Source of the DNA: Chthonomonas sp. UBA2387
Lineage (GTDB): Bacteria > Armatimonadota > Fimbriimonadia > Fimbriimonadales > Fimbriimonadaceae
Assembly: GCA_002343445.1 (NCBI GenBank)
Contig: DDSP01000049.1
Span: 300 to 64,299 of the forward strand
Length of the DNA: 64,000 bases
Reading direction: 5' to 3'
Under the pieces are notes generated by a model. That model was not told the DNA's origin. It did no database searches and saw only the letters and a program-made list of their open reading frames with translations. Position 1 is the stretch's first letter, and every line of letters begins with the position of its first letter. Positions 60,351 to 64,000 of the stretch are shown one piece after another. The position numbers and the translations under genes are program-made.

Positions 60351-61016
60351 ATGGCTCCCCGCCCGTTTTCTATTCCTATGGAACCCCACGCTTCGCCGCT
60401 CTCCGTTCAGATTCGCCAAGCCTTCGACCGCGAAGCGGGCGAGATCACGTTCGGGGAGTTTCTCGAACGCATCGAGGAACGCAGTTTTGGGTTCCTGCTG
60501 GTGCTGCTCTCCATCCCTTCGGCGTTGCCGCTGCCGGCGCCGGGCTATTCGGTGCCGTTCGGCATCGTGCTTTCGCTGCTGGCCGTTCAGATGATCCGCC
60601 GCCGCTCGCAGCCGTGGTTTCCGGAACGCGTGCTGCAGCGGAAGATCAAGTCGAGCGGCGACTCCAAAGTGGTGAGGGGCATGACGCGGTTTATCGCCTT
60701 CTTCGAGCGGATGCTCAAGCCACGCGGCGCCAGCCTGTTCCGCACCGGCGTGTTTCCCAGCTTGCTGGGCGGCGTCATCCTGCTCTGCTCGATGTCTATG
60801 ATCTTGCCGATCCCGCTGACCAACACCCTTCCGGCGCTCGGGATCTTCTTGATGGGCCTGGCCGTGTTGGAGGAGGATCTCGCATTCGGCTTGGTCGGCA
60901 TGGTGGTCGGTCTGCTCGGCCTCGCGCTCACGACGGCGATTCTGGTCGCCATCGCCATGTTCGGCGCCGAGGGTGTGGACGTGGTCAAGAACTGGATCAA
61001 GCCTGGTGCCGACTGA
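60351..61016 (+). CDS. ExoD-family exopolysaccharide synthesis membrane protein
   Basis: ITFGEFLERIEERSFGFLLVLLSIPSALPLPAPGYSVPFGIVL... and C-terminal TM helices fit the ExoD pattern. The start is set at the ATG at 60351. Confidence 0.7.
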   Translation: MAPRPFSIPMEPHASPLSVQIRQAFDREAGEITFGEFLERIEERSFGFLLVLLSIPSALPLPAPGYSVPFGIVLSLLAVQMIRRRSQPWFPERVLQRKIKSSGDSKVVRGMTRFIAFFERMLKPRGASLFRTGVFPSLLGGVILLCSMSMILPIPLTNTLPALGIFLMGLAVLEEDLAFGLVGMVVGLLGLALTTAILVAIAMFGAEGVDVVKNWIKPGAD

Positions 61017-61053
61017 GGCCGTTCGGAACGCGACGGGTACCCTACATCCCTTC

Positions 61054-62634
61054 ATGTCCGTACGAGTCCGCTACGCTCCCAGCCCCACCGGCAGCCCGCA
61101 CGTGGGCAACATCCGCGACGCGCTGTTCAAGCACTACTTCGCCAAGCACCACGGCGGCGTGAACATCCTGCGCATCGAGGACACCGACCGCACACGCTAC
61201 ATCCCGGGCGTCGAGGAAGAGATCGTGGACAGCCTGAACTGGCTCGGCATCGAGTTTCAAGAGGGCTTCGGCGTGGGCGGCGACCACGGCCCCTATCGCC
61301 AGAGCGAGCGCAAAGAAGCGGGCATCTACGCGCGCGAGATCCAGAAGCTGCTGGAATCCGGCCACGCGTACAAGGCGTTCGACACCTCGGAAGAACTCGC
61401 CGAGATGCGCGAGTTCCAGCAGATCAACAAGCAGCCCATCGGCTACTACGGCGGCGTTTGGCGCGACGCCACGCCCGCGATGGTCGAGCAGGCCGAACGC
61501 GAGGGCAAGCCCATGGTGATCCGGCTGCGCATCCCGCGCAACGACACCATCGTCATCCACGACGCCATCCGAGGCCGCATCGAATGGGATTCGAACACCG
61601 TGGACGACCCTGTCCTCATCAAGTCGGACGGCATGCCGACCTACCACTTCGCCGCGATGGTGGACGACCACCTGATGGGCATCACGCACATCATGCGCGG
61701 CGAAGAGTGGATCAGCAGCGCGCCCAAGCACGCCGTCCTCTTCGATGCGTTCGGCTGGGAGCGGCCCGTGTTCGTCCACTGCCCCGTGATCAACGGCAAG
61801 GACGGCAAGAAGCTCAGCAAGCGGCACGGCGACACCAAGTGCCTCGACTACCGAGCGGCGGGCTACCTGCCTCGGGCGCTCAAGAACTTCATCGCCCTCA
61901 TCGGCTGGGCGCCCGGCGGCGACCGCGAACTGATGACCGACGCCGAGATCGCCGAGGCGTTCGACCTCGACGGCCTGCAGCCCGCTCCTGGCGTGTTCGA
62001 CCTGGAGAAGCTGCGCTGGATGAACGGCTGGTACATCCGGTCTCTGGAGCTGGAGAGCCTTCGGAGCGAGGTCGCTGCCTTCGTCGAGCGCGGCGAGTGG
62101 CGGGAGTACTTCGGTCGCCCGACCGACGACCCCGAACTGCTCAAGAAGAACCAGGCGACCCTTGCCGGGCTGGAGACGCTGGCCCTAGGGCTCTCGGGAG
62201 ACCGGGAGTACGCGGGTGCGGCCATCGCCCTGGAGCAGGAGCGGGTAGCCACCCTCGCCGATTTCGGCGAGGCCACGGCGTTCTTCTTCCAAGACGAGCC
62301 CCCTATGGACGAGAAGGCTGTCGCCAAGTGGCTCACCGTGCCTCATGCCCGCGACCTGTTCGAATCCCTCATCTCCTTTCTGGAGGGACCCGCTCCGTCG
62401 GGTCCAGGCGCTGACGGGCATGACGGAGCATGCCCCTCCAGGGGGGTCAAGGTCGAGGAATGCGAGGCGTTCATCCGAGGCTACGGCGAGAAGATGGGCT
62501 TGGAGAAGATGGGCCCGGTGGTGCATCCCGTTCGCGTCGCGCTCACGGGCAAGACGGTCGGCCCAGGCCTGTTCGAACTCATGAGCCTCCTCGGCCCTTC
62601 GCGCATGGTGCGGCGCCTGCGACGCCTTTTGTGA
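61054..62634 (+). CDS. gltX: Glutamate--tRNA ligase (carries an in-frame palindromic-element insertion)
   Basis: VRVRYAPSPTGSPHVGNIR is the HIGH region, KLSKRHG the KMSKS region, and PVRVALTG the C-terminal motif. The start is set at the ATG at 61054. Confidence 0.93.
   Translation: MSVRVRYAPSPTGSPHVGNIRDALFKHYFAKHHGGVNILRIEDTDRTRYIPGVEEEIVDSLNWLGIEFQEGFGVGGDHGPYRQSERKEAGIYAREIQKLLESGHAYKAFDTSEELAEMREFQQINKQPIGYYGGVWRDATPAMVEQAEREGKPMVIRLRIPRNDTIVIHDAIRGRIEWDSNTVDDPVLIKSDGMPTYHFAAMVDDHLMGITHIMRGEEWISSAPKHAVLFDAFGWERPVFVHCPVINGKDGKKLSKRHGDTKCLDYRAAGYLPRALKNFIALIGWAPGGDRELMTDAEIAEAFDLDGLQPAPGVFDLEKLRWMNGWYIRSLELESLRSEVAAFVERGEWREYFGRPTDDPELLKKNQATLAGLETLALGLSGDREYAGAAIALEQERVATLADFGEATAFFFQDEPPMDEKAVAKWLTVPHARDLFESLISFLEGPAPSGPGADGHDGACPSRGVKVEECEAFIRGYGEKMGLEKMGPVVHPVRVALTGKTVGPGLFELMSLLGPSRMVRRLRRLL
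62381..62440. repeat. REP-like palindromic element dimer located inside the gltX coding sequence (60 nt, in frame)
   Basis: tggagggacccgctccgtcgggtcc, then a 10-nt spacer, then gggcatgacggagcatgcccctcca. The architecture matches 1863-1925 and the right unit is identical. It encodes ...L-EGPAPSGPGADGHDGACPSR-G... Confidence 0.8.
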
Positions 62635-62737
62635 ACGACTGGATAGAGCCTCGGAAGCGGGCATCGTTGCCAGCGTTCCCAGTCCATTGTCTAGGCTCCA
62701 AGTTTTACCGGCTAGCTCTCGATGCTTCCATACCGGG

Positions 62738-63958
62738 TCAGTTTCGGATGCGGAGGACGACGTGCTTGCCGTCGCGCAGGTCCTTGGCAAACCACGTGCC
62801 CGACTCGACACCTGGAGAGTGCAGGTCAAAAGGAAAAAAGCCGCCATAGTCCGTCTCGCTCGACCCGGGCCTCAGCAAGTACGTCACTGGCACCAGCGTG
62901 CCCATCCCGTTATGCGCCGCATGTCTCAGCTGGAGGTAGAGGTTGCGGCCTGACCGGAACAGAACCGGCGTGTGGGTGGCCAGCGGCGGGCCTTCGAGCA
63001 TCGTGTTTTGGCGAGGGTTCACGAGGCGTGCTGGCCCGTCGCCGCTGGCGTTGGCGAGGTACAAATGCCCTCTTCCGGCTACTGCCACCCAGTCGCGGTC
63101 GGCAAACGCGAAGTAAGGCACTTGCTTGTCAGGAAAGAGATCGAAGTTGCTGCTGACTGCGACGCCCGCCCCTCGGATCCGCGCACCCGCGAAGGGGTCC
63201 TCCAACGCGGTCAACTCGCGCACCTCGCGACCGTCGAAGCGGTAGGCACGGATGAGGATGTCCTTGTCTTCGGGCATCACCGTGTTGCTGGGGGTGTACG
63301 TTCGGATAAGGAAAGACCTTGCCTCCGGAAGAATCGCCGCGATGCGCTCCCTTTGGGAAAGTCGCGTGGTAACGGTCGGTGTGGAAACGTATCCTCGTTG
63401 GGGGTCGAATGGGCATGCGGCCAAACAGAGTTTGCGCGGGCCCTCGCTTGGACCGAGGTAACGCAACAGGCGCCCTTCGCCGTCGATCGGCCCAACTCCA
63501 AGCGTCGAGCCGTCCACGAGGAGGATCCAGCCCATCTTCGAGTGTTGCGGAAGCCACTGGTCCTCGTGCTGATTGAAGGACCCGACTTCGTCTCGCCGCT
63601 CTTCGCCCCGCCGGTCGGAGAGTGGCATGCCGAGGACCTCGACTTCGTGGGTCGCCCTGGCTTCTCCGGTGATCGTCCAGGTGAGTGTGCCACCTCGCAA
63701 TTGTCCCGTAACGAGGTCAGCGACGTTGGGCAGTCCGTAGAACCTTCCGCGGCCGGCAACGTCCGCCACCGCAACTCCGCGCTTGGACCGCAAATCCCAA
63801 CCCAAAACGAGTGGGGCGAACTTGTCACCGATGACCACGCGGAGCGTGTCGGGAAGACTCACCGCGATCGGTGCGAGCTCGACGCTATGCAGAATGTCCA
63901 CTGCAGGAGTCGTCTGTGCAGTCAGGGGAAGCAGGGCCAAAGGCAACGCGAAGAGCAT
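62738..63958 (-). CDS. Secreted hypothetical protein
   Basis: 406 aa with the signal-like start MLFALPLALLPLTAQT and beta-rich composition. No recognisable motif. Confidence 0.55.
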   Translation of the reverse strand: MLFALPLALLPLTAQTTPAVDILHSVELAPIAVSLPDTLRVVIGDKFAPLVLGWDLRSKRGVAVADVAGRGRFYGLPNVADLVTGQLRGGTLTWTITGEARATHEVEVLGMPLSDRRGEERRDEVGSFNQHEDQWLPQHSKMGWILLVDGSTLGVGPIDGEGRLLRYLGPSEGPRKLCLAACPFDPQRGYVSTPTVTTRLSQRERIAAILPEARSFLIRTYTPSNTVMPEDKDILIRAYRFDGREVRELTALEDPFAGARIRGAGVAVSSNFDLFPDKQVPYFAFADRDWVAVAGRGHLYLANASGDGPARLVNPRQNTMLEGPPLATHTPVLFRSGRNLYLQLRHAAHNGMGTLVPVTYLLRPGSSETDYGGFFPFDLHSPGVESGTWFAKDLRDGKHVVLRIRN

Positions 63959-63959
63959 C

Positions 63960-64000
63960 TCAATCCTCCTCTTCCTCGTCGACCTCTTGAAGATCGAAGT
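63960..64000 (-). CDS. 3' end of an unidentified gene (acidic C-terminus ...FDLQEVDEEEED*)
   Basis: The minus-strand reading frame ends with a TGA at complement 63960-63962, 1 nt before the next gene's ATG. Only 13 codons are visible. Confidence 0.25.
   Translation of the reverse strand, partial: FDLQEVDEEEED

Overview
This is a 64-kb, gene-dense segment of a high-GC bacterial chromosome. Hand counts of single 60-nt lines give about 65-68% GC in the backbone. The gene content points to a diderm, polysaccharide-degrading environmental bacterium: a PEP-CTERM protein, a PagL-like lipid A deacylase, an ECF-sigma/anti-sigma/RseB-like/DegP operon, GH53, GH38 and CE7 enzymes, and a TAT-signal Gfo/Idh/MocA oxidoreductase. 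The phylum cannot be assigned from the sequence alone.

Most of the window is housekeeping:
- uppP, selA and queE
- a methyl-cycle cluster (PfkB/adenosine kinase, metF, ahcY)
- an F-type ATP synthase operon (atpZ/I-B-E-F-H-A-G) that lacks atpD and atpC
- recG, rlmN and dapF
- tRNA-Lys(UUU)
- a MurNAc recycling pair (BadF-type kinase plus murQ)
- fabI, purK, acnA and gltX

Many long ORFs in the supplied track are Arg/Gly/Pro-rich shadow frames of real genes. Several true genes sit inside longer composite ORFs, and some start at GTG or TTG codons that overlap the upstream stop (GTGA, TTGA).

Five things stand out:
1. A ~2-kb low-GC island (about 48-53% GC in spot counts) lies between recG and rlmN. 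It carries a tightly packed three-gene cassette: a protein with a C-terminal RNxxxH HEPN-like motif, an 89-aa protein with a possible Cas2/VapD-like pattern, and an HNH nuclease fused to an unknown domain. It sits directly behind a decayed type I RM methylase (hsdM) remnant that is itself fused to an RHS-repeat fragment. This is my best candidate for an undescribed defence system.
2. A family of about 25-nt hairpin (REP-like) units shows compensatory stem changes. It occurs at four sites, one of which is a 60-nt dimer inserted in frame inside gltX.
3. An orphan HicB-like gene is translationally coupled to a 2H-phosphoesterase (LigT/ThpR)-HIT fusion.
4. A 654-aa protein with no recognisable domain is locked by overlapping start and stop codons into a pagL-thioesterase-X-dapF operon.
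5. Smaller decay signatures are present, including a frameshifted HEAT-repeat gene and an orphan Phd-like antitoxin.

I found no CRISPR array, rRNA gene, integrase or transposase.
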